Part shown: piece after piece, positions 1-11,800 of the stretch
How positions within the stretch are numbered: the first letter of the stretch is position 1
Layout of the letters: each line of letters starts with the position of its first letter
NCBI RefSeq assembly: GCF_000012465.1
Contig: NC_007335.2
Coordinates: 1,560,001-1,592,000, forward strand
From: Prochlorococcus marinus str. NATL2A
Lineage (GTDB): Bacteria; Cyanobacteriota; Cyanobacteriia; PCC-6307; Cyanobiaceae
Direction: 5' to 3'
Length of the DNA stretch: 32,000 bases
Made by a program: the position numbers and the translations under genes
Notes under the pieces: model-generated
The model's input: the letters and a program-made list of their open reading frames with translations, nothing else
The model's database searches: none
Told to the model about the DNA's origin: nothing

Positions 1-140
1 ATTTGGATCAAGAAACAAATGAATTAATAAATATTAATCATAATTCAATAAGCGAAAAGAATGAATTACCTTCCACCGAGTCACAAGAAGTTAATGAGGA
101 TCCAAGACGAAAAAGAAGAAGGTCTTCAGCCTCTTCTTAA
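1..140 (+). CDS. rne: 3' end of ribonuclease E (partial, C-terminal 45 codons)
   Basis: Frame 3 is open from the window edge to TAA at 138-140. The translated tail is ...[20 protein letters not shown]. An Arg-rich RRxRRRSSA-type C-terminus is characteristic of cyanobacterial RNase E, and rne lying directly upstream of rnhB is a common cyanobacterial arrangement. Only the tail is visible. Confidence 0.5.
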   Translation, partial: LDQETNELININHNSISEKNELPSTESQEVNEDPRRKRRRSSASS

Positions 141-142
141 AC

Positions 143-730
143 ATGGAAGATATAAAATCTCTTATCGCTGGAGTTGATGAAGTAGGAAAAGGTTGTTTAT
201 TTGGCCCTGTTTTCGCGGCAGCGGTTATTTTAAGCAAAAAGAATGAAATAGAGCTCTTAAATCAAGGTTTGAAAGACAGTAAAAAATTAAGTCAGAGACA
301 AAGACATAACTTAGTTCCTTTGATAAAAACAAACTCAATAGCTTGGACAATTGGCCAAGCTTCAGCAAGAGAAATAGACGTTATGGGCATCCGAGATGCT
401 ACTGAGAAAGCCATGCTAAGAGCATTAGAAAAATTTTCATCTCCACCAGACTTAATTCTTGTAGACGGAATTTTACCCATTCGCTTGTGGCCAGGGAAAC
501 AAAAGACACAAGTTCGAGGTGAAAGTCATTTTGCTTCAATTGCTGCTGCAAGTGTATTAGCGAAAGAAACCAGGGATGAATTAATTAAACGACTAGCTCG
601 CAAATACAATTGTTATGGACTAGAAAAAAACAAGGGGTATGGAACTGAGATCCATAGAACAAAGTTAATCAAAGAAGGTGCAACAAAACTCCACCGAAAA
701 AGTTTTATCTCACGATTGAAAAAAAATTGA
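143..730 (+). CDS. rnhB: Ribonuclease HII
   Basis: 195-aa ATG ORF. N-terminal [15 protein letters not shown] matches the DEVG(R/K)G metal-binding motif of RNase HII. Length and the remaining sequence ([19 protein letters not shown]) fit the family. Confidence 0.9.
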   Translation: MEDIKSLIAGVDEVGKGCLFGPVFAAAVILSKKNEIELLNQGLKDSKKLSQRQRHNLVPLIKTNSIAWTIGQASAREIDVMGIRDATEKAMLRALEKFSSPPDLILVDGILPIRLWPGKQKTQVRGESHFASIAAASVLAKETRDELIKRLARKYNCYGLEKNKGYGTEIHRTKLIKEGATKLHRKSFISRLKKN

Positions 731-744
731 TATTTATTTTGTAA

Positions 745-1263
745 CTAATTTTCTTTACACCAATTATTAAAATCAACAATTAGCTGCTTCTGAACCCTTG
801 CCTTAATTCCTAACAAAATACCATTCAAGATTGATTGCCCAGTTTTCTCAAGCATTTTGGGAGGAATTAATCTCAATAGGTGAGGCTGACTGACCGTTAC
901 ACCCAAAAGAGCTTCGCCTTCAAGACCTGATAGTTTTGCATCCAAAACTGCATCTAAAGTTAAATCGAAATCATCAACTAATCCCAAACCATCTAAGTGG
1001 CTTTCAGTTACATACATTCTAATTTTTTTCTCAGAATTTTCCACACCGATTGATACGACTGGATTTATTTGAAGTTGAAAAACCTTAAAACTTGTGACTT
1101 CGTACTTAAAGCTTCCTGGCCCTAAAGGGGTCAATTTTTTAGGATCTAGCATTGCTCCTACAACTCTTTCCTGTTGTAGGAGATAATCAGGTAGTTTCTC
1201 CTGATTATTTTGAACAACTAGATCAATTTTTTGTCGTGCTGTAAAGGCAAGAGCCATTATCAA
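745..1263 (-). CDS. Conserved cyanobacterial hypothetical protein, DUF1997-like
   Basis: 172-aa ORF with no overlapping competitor. Composition and pattern (YLLQQERVV..., NPVVSIGVE, DFNNW at the C-terminus) resemble the DUF1997 family as I recall it. The family assignment comes from memory, not a search. Confidence 0.6.
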   Translation of the reverse strand: MIMALAFTARQKIDLVVQNNQEKLPDYLLQQERVVGAMLDPKKLTPLGPGSFKYEVTSFKVFQLQINPVVSIGVENSEKKIRMYVTESHLDGLGLVDDFDLTLDAVLDAKLSGLEGEALLGVTVSQPHLLRLIPPKMLEKTGQSILNGILLGIKARVQKQLIVDFNNWCKEN

Positions 1264-1313
1264 AAACTTGCTCAGTTTGATCTTATCGGTTTTTACTCCT
1301 TTTTTTTTATCTA

Positions 1314-2144
1314 ATGTTAACTCGAGTGGCCTATCTAGGGCCTAAAGGAACATACGCTGAACAAGCCGCGAAAGCGCTAGCAGAGCTTGAGAAGCTTGAC
1401 TCTCCAGTATTTTCCCCTTGCAAAGGGTTAAGGTCTGTGGTGGATAATCTTGCAAACAATCTTTGTGAAGCAGCCGTAGTACCAATTGAAAATTCAGTAG
1501 AAGGTGGAGTCACCACAACATTAGATTCTCTATGGAGACATGAAAACCTATTTATACATAGAGCCCTAGTACTACCTATTAAACACTCATTAATGAGTAG
1601 CGGATCAATTTCAAAGATTTCAGAAGTCCTATCCCATCCTCAGGCAATAGCACAATGCAGCCAGTGGTTAAATGACAATATTCCAAATGCAGTTCATCTA
1701 CCAACTAATTCAACGGCAGAAGCAATAAGAATGGTAAGAGGAAGCTTATTTAGAGCAGCGATAGGATCCAAAGATGCAAGTGAGGATCTGAATATTCTGG
1801 CTTATCCTATTAATGATATTGAAGGGAATTGCACTAGATTCGTTCTTCTCAGTAAGAACAACATTAAAGTGGATGGGAATAAGGCAAGTATGGCCTTTTC
1901 TCTTAAGTCGAATAGTCCGGGTGCATTACTAAAAGCATTGAATTGCATCGCAAATCTTGGCTTGAATATGAGTAGAATTGAATCACGTCCTTCTAAAAGA
2001 GAACTTGGTGAATATGTCTTTTTCATAGATCTTGATTTAAACAATAATAATAAAAAAGACTTTGAAAACATTACTAAAGAATTATCTCCTCTTTGCAATC
2101 AAATAATTAATTTTGGATGCTATTTCGGATCAGAAGTTGATTAA
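1314..2144 (+). CDS. pheA: Prephenate dehydratase
   Basis: 276 aa. N-terminal VAYLGPKGTYAEQAA is typical of the PDT domain. The C-terminal ACT domain carries the ESRPS motif (MSRIESRPSK). Confidence 0.9.
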   Translation: MLTRVAYLGPKGTYAEQAAKALAELEKLDSPVFSPCKGLRSVVDNLANNLCEAAVVPIENSVEGGVTTTLDSLWRHENLFIHRALVLPIKHSLMSSGSISKISEVLSHPQAIAQCSQWLNDNIPNAVHLPTNSTAEAIRMVRGSLFRAAIGSKDASEDLNILAYPINDIEGNCTRFVLLSKNNIKVDGNKASMAFSLKSNSPGALLKALNCIANLGLNMSRIESRPSKRELGEYVFFIDLDLNNNNKKDFENITKELSPLCNQIINFGCYFGSEVD

Positions 2145-2145
2145 A

Positions 2146-3078
2146 TTATCCTCTTGATTTGAATACTCCAAATTTCATCAAGCCTCTTGAAAAAGACCAT
2201 CTCATCATTAGTATTGTTGGGATTTCTTTAAATGCCTTTAGTAAAGATCTAAGGCCTAATTTCAAGATAGATGAAGGTCTTCTAAACCCCTCATATATAG
2301 ATTCATTCCAAGACTGAATTGTGTATTTTGTCCAATTAGAAGTCTCTACAGAGCTTCCACAGTAAGGACTATTTAATAAGTTATTTTTAAATCCTTCAAT
2401 ACTTGAAAATTCAGGATGGGTCCATTGGATTAGTAATTGATTCATGATGAGTTTTTCAAAAAAATTTAAAGGATGTTTAGTTGAATCTCTTTGATTCCAA
2501 TCTGCAACTGCCAAAACCCCACCAGGCCTAAGAACTCTGAGCATCTCATCTGCAAAAGTTTGTTTATCTAAGATATGAGGCCCAGCTTCTACACTCCAAA
2601 CCCCGTCAAAGCTACCTTTTTCAAACTTTAAGTCAAGTGCATTCATTACTTCAAAACTACAAAAATCCCTATTAGCTGTTAATTCACGTGCTCTTTTAAC
2701 TTGTTCTTGACTTATTGAAATACCAATGACATCAAATCCATAATAATCAGACAATATTCTTGAACTTCCGCCTATTCCACAACCTACGTCTAACACCCTC
2801 GAGCCTTTTGGTAATTGATTTAAACCGCTCCAGCGAACTAATTCATGAACAAAATCAACCTTAGCTTTCCTAAAGTCTTTTTTTATTCTTGGTTTTTCGT
2901 AAAAACCTAGATGAATATGTTCTCCCCATAGATTTTCTAATAAACGATCATTAGTCCATGAATCATATGAGGATGCAACGCTATTAACAGACTCATATTT
3001 TCGACTTTTCCTAACCCACTGATTAGTTAAAGTGAAGAGACAGAAAATACTAAATATTAAAATCAATATCCATTGCAT
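2146..3078 (-). CDS. SAM-dependent methyltransferase, MPBQ/MSBQ (tocopherol/plastoquinone) methyltransferase-like
   Basis: 310 aa with an N-terminal TM helix. It has WGEHIHLGFY, the SAM motif VLDVGCGIGGSS and WSVEAGPH. Overall it resembles the cyanobacterial Sll0418 / gamma-TMT family from memory. The ATG lies 2 nt downstream of the stop of the preceding gene, so the two are probably co-transcribed. Confidence 0.75.
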   Translation of the reverse strand: MQWILILIFSIFCLFTLTNQWVRKSRKYESVNSVASSYDSWTNDRLLENLWGEHIHLGFYEKPRIKKDFRKAKVDFVHELVRWSGLNQLPKGSRVLDVGCGIGGSSRILSDYYGFDVIGISISQEQVKRARELTANRDFCSFEVMNALDLKFEKGSFDGVWSVEAGPHILDKQTFADEMLRVLRPGGVLAVADWNQRDSTKHPLNFFEKLIMNQLLIQWTHPEFSSIEGFKNNLLNSPYCGSSVETSNWTKYTIQSWNESIYEGFRRPSSILKLGLRSLLKAFKEIPTILMMRWSFSRGLMKFGVFKSRG

Positions 3079-3080
3079 AA

Positions 3081-3743
3081 TTAATTGTTGGCTTGATCGG
3101 CGTTTGAGAAAGTATCTTTTAAAGCAGTTCTGGCAGCTAGTTGCTTTCTTGTGTGATCAAGCAGTTCATATTCTCTTTCCAAACGTTGAAACGTATTTGT
3201 TATTTCTAATAGATTTTGCTGCTCGTTTGCTACTGGACCGCCAAGATGAGCAGCTATCCAAAAAGACAATTCTCTTGGAATGTCAGGCAAAGAATCAGGA
3301 AGTTCTTTCTCAGATTCAGTTAATTTTGAGGTAAGTGAAACTACATCCTTTAGAGCAATTGATACTGAATCCTTTAGTTCCAATAGTTTGGTTTGATCTG
3401 AGATTTGTTCATCATCGACCCAACTAACTAGTGCGTTAATAAATGGAGTTTCACTAATAATTTCAAGAATTCGAAATCTTTGCTGTCCAATAGTCACAAT
3501 ATTACTTCTACCATCTTGTGAAGTTTGATGCTTAATAATCTCAGCGCAACAACCTACATCTGCCATTTTTTTTGCAATTGGATCCCATCTAACTACTCCA
3601 AAACGGCTATCCGATTTCAACACAGATTGAAGCATAACTCTGTAACGAGTCTCAAAAATATGAAGTGGCAAATACTCCTGAGGAAAAAGCACAACCTCAG
3701 GCAATGGGAAAAGTGGTAGCTCCCTAACTGAAAGTTCGCTCAA
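3081..3743 (-). CDS. LON N-terminal (substrate-binding) domain protein, no ATPase or protease domain
   Basis: 220 aa. LPLFPLPEVVLFPQEYLPLHIFETRYRVM is the signature start of the Lon N-terminal domain. The protein is too short to carry AAA+ or protease modules. Confidence 0.8.
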   Translation of the reverse strand: MSELSVRELPLFPLPEVVLFPQEYLPLHIFETRYRVMLQSVLKSDSRFGVVRWDPIAKKMADVGCCAEIIKHQTSQDGRSNIVTIGQQRFRILEIISETPFINALVSWVDDEQISDQTKLLELKDSVSIALKDVVSLTSKLTESEKELPDSLPDIPRELSFWIAAHLGGPVANEQQNLLEITNTFQRLEREYELLDHTRKQLAARTALKDTFSNADQANN

Positions 3744-3803
3744 ATGGGGATTCCTAATTAAACATATCCTAGATAATCAATCTCTGGTTTGAGAGAAAAA
3801 GAT

Positions 3804-4124
3804 CTAGAGCTTAACTTCTATATCAACTCCACTAGGAAGATCCAACTTCATTAAAGCGTCTATTGTCTTTGCGGAAGGACTGTAAATATCGATAATTCTT
3901 CTATGTGTTCTTGTCTCAAAATGCTCTCTTGAATCTTTATCAACATGAGGTGAACGAAGAACACAATAAATTTTTCTTTTTGTAGGAAGAGGAATGGGAC
4001 CTATCGCTGAAGCAGCTGTTGTATCTGCAGTCTCAATTATTTTATCGCAAGATAAATCAAGCATTCTTCTATCAAAAGCCTTTAGGCGAATGCGTATTTT
4101 TTGCTGTGCAATTGCAGTTGACAT
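3804..4124 (-). CDS. rpsJ: 30S ribosomal protein S10
   Basis: 106 aa. [11 protein letters not shown]...[13 protein letters not shown] is unmistakably S10. It lies downstream of tuf, as in cyanobacterial str operons. Confidence 0.97.
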
Positions 4125-4203
4125 AATGGGATTACCAAAAGCTAATTAAGTTTTCGAGGTTCTTTACAGGATGAACTAATTAGTTCATTTGTTTAATTAA
4201 TTT

Positions 4204-4238
4204 AGAGGATGACCTGAATAAATTACAAGTCATCCTCT
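4204..4238 (-). other. 10-bp perfect hairpin in the tuf-rpsJ intergenic region
   Basis: AGAGGATGAC (4204-4213) is the exact reverse complement of GTCATCCTCT (4229-4238), with a 15-nt loop. No clear U-tract follows on the minus strand, so this is more likely an attenuator or processing structure than a full terminator. Confidence 0.35.
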
Positions 4239-4244
4239 GAATAA

Positions 4245-5444
4245 TTATTCAATAATTTTAGAAACTACTCCTGCTCCAATTGTACGTCCACCTTCGCGAA
4301 TAGCGAATCTCATACCTTGTTCTATAGCAACAGGGGCTATCAATTCTCCTGTCATTTTTATTCTGTCCCCAGGCATAACCATTTCGACATTGCTGCCGTC
4401 ATCAGATGTGAATGCAGTAATTTGACCTGTTACATCAGTAGTACGAATATAAAACTGTGGTCGATAACCAGCAAAGAATGGGGTATGGCGGCCACCCTCT
4501 TCTTTTTTTAATACATAAACTTCACCTTCAAACTTAGTATGAGGTGTGATGGAACCTTTTTTAACAAGAACCATTCCTCTCTCGATATCTTCCTTCTGAA
4601 TACCACGTAAAAGAAGTCCAACGTTGTCACCAGCCATACCTTCATCAAGAAGTTTTCTAAACATCTCGACACCTGTAACAGTGGTTAGTCTTGTATCTCT
4701 AATTCCTACAATTTCAACTTCCTCTCCGACTGTTACTTTTCCTCTTTCAATTCTTCCAGTAGCAACTGTTCCTCGTCCAGTAATTGAAAAAACGTCTTCA
4801 ATAGCCATTAAGAAAGGCTTATCAATTTCACGTTCTGGTTCTGGAATTGATGCATCAACAGCTGTCATCAAGTCATCTATTTTAGTCTCCCAATCTGCTT
4901 CTCCTTCGATAGCTTTTAATCCCGAAACTTGAACGACAGGGATGTCATCGCCGGGGAAGTCATAACTTGTAAGAAGTTCACGAATCTCCATTTCTACAAG
5001 TTCTATCATTTCTTCATCATCAACCATGTCACATTTGTTTAGTGCAACAACCAATGCGGGTACTCCAACCTGCTTCGCCAAAAGAATGTGTTCTTTTGTT
5101 TGTGCCATTGCTCCATCGGTAGCTGCTACAACAAGAATCGCACCGTCCATCTGAGCAGCACCTGTGATCATGTTTTTTACATAATCAGCGTGACCTGGGC
5201 AATCAACGTGAGCGTAATGCCTGCCCTCAGTTTCATATTCAACGTGAGCAGTGTTGATTGTTATGCCGCGTTCACGCTCTTCTGGAGCTCCATCAATTTC
5301 AGCGTAATCTTGCGCTTCGGCTTGACCTTTCTTTGCTAAAACCTTCGTAATTGCTGCTGTAAGGGTTGTTTTGCCATGGTCAACGTGGCCAATAGTACCT
5401 ATGTTGACGTGAGGTTTGTTCCTCTCAAACTTCTCGCGAGCCAT
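4245..5444 (-). CDS. tuf: Elongation factor Tu
   Basis: 399 aa with [18 protein letters not shown] and NKCD GTPase motifs. Full-length EF-Tu. Confidence 0.99.
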
Positions 5445-5487
5445 TTTTTTTAAAGAATCGGGGGGGTGGTTAGTAAATTTTTAGAGA

Positions 5488-7563
<2,076 letters not shown>

Positions 7564-7668
7564 AGAAAATACTCCGACTAAAGGGCTTTAAAATGCGCAT
7601 GGACTCTACAACTAAGCATGCAAAAAAAGAAATATTTTGAGGATTTAAATAGAAAAATTTGATCTAAA

Positions 7669-8139
7669 TCAATAACGATAGTGAGCGAAAGCCTTATTAG
7701 CTTCGGCCATCTTATGGGTCTCTTCCCTCTTCCTCACAGCATTTCCAGCCTCATTAGCTGCATCCATAAGTTCTCCAGCAAGTTTTTGAGCCATGCTTCT
7801 ACCATTTCTCGATCTTGAGAAATTTACCAACCATCTAAGTGCCATTGCAATACCTCTTTCTTGACGAACTTCCATTGGGACCTGATATGTAGCGCCACCA
7901 ACTCTTCTCGCTCTCACTTCAACAAGAGGTGTGACATTTTTCACTGCTGTTTCAAATAATTCAATCGGATCTGAACCAGTTCGTTCGTTGATCAAACCAA
8001 AGGCATCAGAAAGTATTTTTTGAGCTGTGGATTTCTTACCGTGTTTCATCAATCGATGGACCATCATGCTTGCCAAGCGATTATTGAATTGGGGATCAGG
8101 GAGAACAGGTCTTTTTTCTGCTGCGTTTCTTCTTGACAT
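7669..8139 (-). CDS. rpsG: 30S ribosomal protein S7
   Basis: 156 aa. [18 protein letters not shown]...AFAHYRY is typical S7. Confidence 0.98.
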   Translation of the reverse strand: MSRRNAAEKRPVLPDPQFNNRLASMMVHRLMKHGKKSTAQKILSDAFGLINERTGSDPIELFETAVKNVTPLVEVRARRVGGATYQVPMEVRQERGIAMALRWLVNFSRSRNGRSMAQKLAGELMDAANEAGNAVRKREETHKMAEANKAFAHYRY

Positions 8140-8187
8140 GAAATTAAATTTGTATAAGGGGAAAATTCAGTAAATCAAAATAAATTT

Positions 8188-8562
8188 TTATTCTTTGGGG
8201 GATTTAGCTCCATATTTTGATCTTGACTGTCTACGGTCTTTAACCCCAGCGGTATCAAGAGATCCTCTGACTATGTGATATCTAACTCCTGGAAGATCTT
8301 TAACCCTTCCACCTCTCAGCAAAACTACAGAGTGTTCTTGAAGGTTGTGACCAATACCACCAATATATGCAGTAACTTCAAAGCCTGAAGTTAATCTGAC
8401 ACGAGCTACTTTTCTTAAAGCCGAGTTAGGTTTTTTTGGAGTTGAGGTGTAAACCCTTGTACAAACTCCTCTCCTTTCAGGGCAACCTCGCAAAGCAGGA
8501 GACTTTGTCTTTGTTTTTAGAGTCTTTCGCTCTGTTCTTATCAACTGTTGAATGGTTGGCAT
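8188..8562 (-). CDS. rpsL: 30S ribosomal protein S12
   Basis: The track ORF (to 8601) starts 13 codons too early. Canonical S12 begins MPTIQQLIR, which places the ATG at 8562 and gives 124 aa. Confidence 0.95.
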   Translation of the reverse strand: MPTIQQLIRTERKTLKTKTKSPALRGCPERRGVCTRVYTSTPKKPNSALRKVARVRLTSGFEVTAYIGGIGHNLQEHSVVLLRGGRVKDLPGVRYHIVRGSLDTAGVKDRRQSRSKYGAKSPKE

Positions 8563-8830
8563 TAATTTAATATTTGGTCTAGTTTCGACCAGATTCAACA
8601 ATTCTCCAGATTACTTGGTCAACCACCCAAATTCATATTTTTATTCAATTAATATTTTATTTTTATTTAGATTCAAGCATATCTACAAATATTTCAAGAA
8701 AAGTATTGAATAAAAAACTAGATGGTCGACAAAAATGTTTAAGATGTAACTCTAAAGACTATCAATTCATCTATTTCAAAGCTTACCAATAGCACTTTTG
8801 TAAGAAAAGAAAAATAGTAAGTTAAAAAAC

Positions 8831-11800
8831 ATGCATCAACGAATCTCCAGATCAAATTGGCCTTACTGCGATAGCACCTATCCAGATGCCTTCTCTGGGG
8901 AAAAAGACTCTTGTGGAGTTGGATTTATAGCTAGCGTTGAAGGCAAACAAAATCATTGGGTTTTAACTCAGGCATTACGTGGGCTGAGTTGCATGGAACA
9001 TAGAGGAGGATGTGGGGGAGATAGCGACTCAGGAGATGGTGCTGGGATTTTATGTGAAATCCCATGGTCATATTTCAAGCAAGTTTGGGACAAGGCTAAG
9101 CATTGCGAACCCCAAGCATCAGGAATAGGCATGATATTTATGCCTAAAGACTTAAAAAATAGAGAACTAGCGAAAAAAATATGTGAGCAGGAAGCTGAGT
9201 CCTTAGGATTAACCTCCAAAGGATGGAGAGATGTTCCTGTTCATGAAGAAGTTTTAGGCAAACTTGCAAGGGAAAATGAACCTTTTATTACACAATGGAT
9301 AGTTGATATTAAGGATAAAGAAATCAATCTTGAGGCTTTACTTTTCAGATTGAGGCAAAGGATTTCTAATCGAGCAAATATAGAATTAAAGGAAGATGAA
9401 TTAGGTCTCTATATTTGCTCTTTAAGTAGCAAAACTATTGTTTATAAAGGAATGGTTAGATCTGAAATATTGGCTCCTTTCTATAATGATTTAAAAGACG
9501 ATAGATTTGAAGTCTCATATGCTGTTTACCATAGAAGATTTAGTACAAATACATTACCTAAATGGCCTTTAGCTCAACCAATGAGACTTTTAGGTCATAA
9601 TGGAGAAATAAATACATTACTCGGAAATATAAATTGGGCTAAAGCAACAGAAACAGATATAAGTTCTGTTTGGAAAGAAAATGCAAATGATCTAAAACCT
9701 ATAGTCGATAATTTATATAGTGATTCAGCAAATCTTGATTTAAACCTTGAACTATTAGTTCGAAGTGGAAGGCCAATAACTGATAGTTTGTTAACACTTA
9801 TTCCCGAAGCTTTTAGAGACCAGCCTGAATTAATCAATAAACCTGAAATAACTGCTTTTTATGAATATGCTGCAGGAACCCAAGAACCTTGGGATGGTCC
9901 AGCTTTAATAGTCTTTACTGACGGAACAAATATTGGAGCAACTCTTGATAGAAATGGTTTAAGACCAGCTCGCTATTGCATTACTAAAAATGGATATGTT
10001 GTTATGGGATCTGAAACAGGTGTTGTTGAATTAGAAGAAGATGTAATCCAAGAAAAAGGTCGTCTAGGTCCTGGTCAAATGCTTGCGGTAGATTTAGAAA
10101 GCAAGAGAATTTTACGAAACTGGGATGTTAAAGAAGAGTCAGCAAATAGATACCCATATTTAGATTGGTTAAAAGCAAATCGTATAAACCTTAACAACCA
10201 AAGTTGGGAAATAAATAATAAATTTGATAAGCAAAAATTGCTTCAATATCAAATTGCATTTGGCTTTAGTGCAGAAGATTTTGATTACATAATTAATAGC
10301 ATGGCAGCAAATGCAAAAGAACCAACTTATTGCATGGGAGATGATATACCACTAGCAATACTTTCTAACAAATCACATATTCTTTACGACTATTTCAAAC
10401 AGAGATTTGCACAAGTTACCAACCCACCAATTGATCCTCTTAGAGAAAAGCTAGTCACTAGCTTAGAGATGAATCTAGGGGTCAGGAAAGCGCCCTTGAG
10501 ACCCAAAGAAGAGTCTGCAAGGCTAATTCATCTTGAATCTCCAATACTTAATGAAAAAGAATTAAATTCAATAAAAAATTCTGAACTTTCGTGTAAGCAA
10601 ATATCGACTTTAATTCCTATTAACGATGATAAAATTATTCTCGAAGAAGGTCTCAAAAATCTATGTAAAGAAGCAGAAGATAGTGTAATCAATGGTAGAG
10701 AGATACTAATACTTTCGGATAGAGATATTAATCGAGAAAACTCTTACATTCCACCTCTTCTTGCGGTTGGTGCAGTTCATCATCATTTACTTAGAAAAGG
10801 GCTAAGACTAAAAACCTCGATAATTATAGATACAGCTCAATGCTGGAGTACTCATCACATTGCCTGTCTGATTGGATTTGGAGCAAGTGCAATTTGTCCT
10901 TGGCTGACATGGGAAACTACTCGCCATTGGTGGCAACTACCTAAAACTCAAAAACTTATTTCCGATGGGAAGTTATCTAATTTATCTATAGAGATTGCTC
11001 AAGATAATGTTAAGAAAGCAATGGAAGATGGATTAAGAAAAATACTTTCGAAGATAGGAATCTCAGTATTAGCAAGTTATCACGGAGCACAAATCTTTGA
11101 AGCTATAGGTATCGGTGCAGATTTAATTGATTTAGCTTTCAAGGGAACAACAAGTCGTATAGCAGGTCTAACTCTGAGCGAATTATCAATCGAAACAATT
11201 TCATTTCATAAAAAAGCTTTCCCCGAACTGGAGCAAAAAAAACTTGATTTTAATGGATTTGTTCAATATCGAAATAGCGGAGAATTTCATTTAAATAATC
11301 CAGAAATGTCAAAAATTCTTCATGCTGCAGTGAAAGCTGGGCCTGAATATGACCACTTCAAAACTTATCAACAACTTCTAGAAAATCGTCCCGCTACTAC
11401 CCTCAGAGATCTCCTTACATTCAAAACAGCTACCCAGCCTTTACCCCTTGATCAAATAGAGAGTGTTGAGAATATTTGTCAAAGATTTTGCACCGGTGGA
11501 ATGAGCCTAGGTGCCCTATCTAGGGAAGCGCATGAAGTTCTTGCAATAGCAATGAATAGGATTGGAGGCAAAAGTAATAGTGGTGAAGGAGGTGAGGATC
11601 CTGCAAGATTCAATGTCCTCGAGGATGTTGATGAAAATAATCAATCAAAAACATTACCTAATCTCAAAGGACTTTTAAATGGAGATACAGCATGTTCTGC
11701 AATTAAACAAATTGCCTCTGGCCGATTTGGTGTAACCCCTGAATATTTAACTAGCGGCAAGCAATTAGAAATCAAAGTAGCTCAAGGTGCAAAGCCTGGA

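Noticed and set aside
292-3719. Short track ORFs overlapping rnhB, pheA, the methyltransferase and the LON-domain gene (292..480, 1331..1516, 1802..2098, 3032..3334, 3525..3719)
   Set aside because: Each lies antisense to or out of frame with a longer ORF that has clear family motifs.
4317-5339. Plus-strand track ORFs inside tuf (4317..4511, 4624..4932, 5088..5339)
   Set aside because: They are antisense shadows of a highly expressed, unmistakable EF-Tu gene. Their compositions are Ser/Ile/Phe/Cys-rich and not protein-like.
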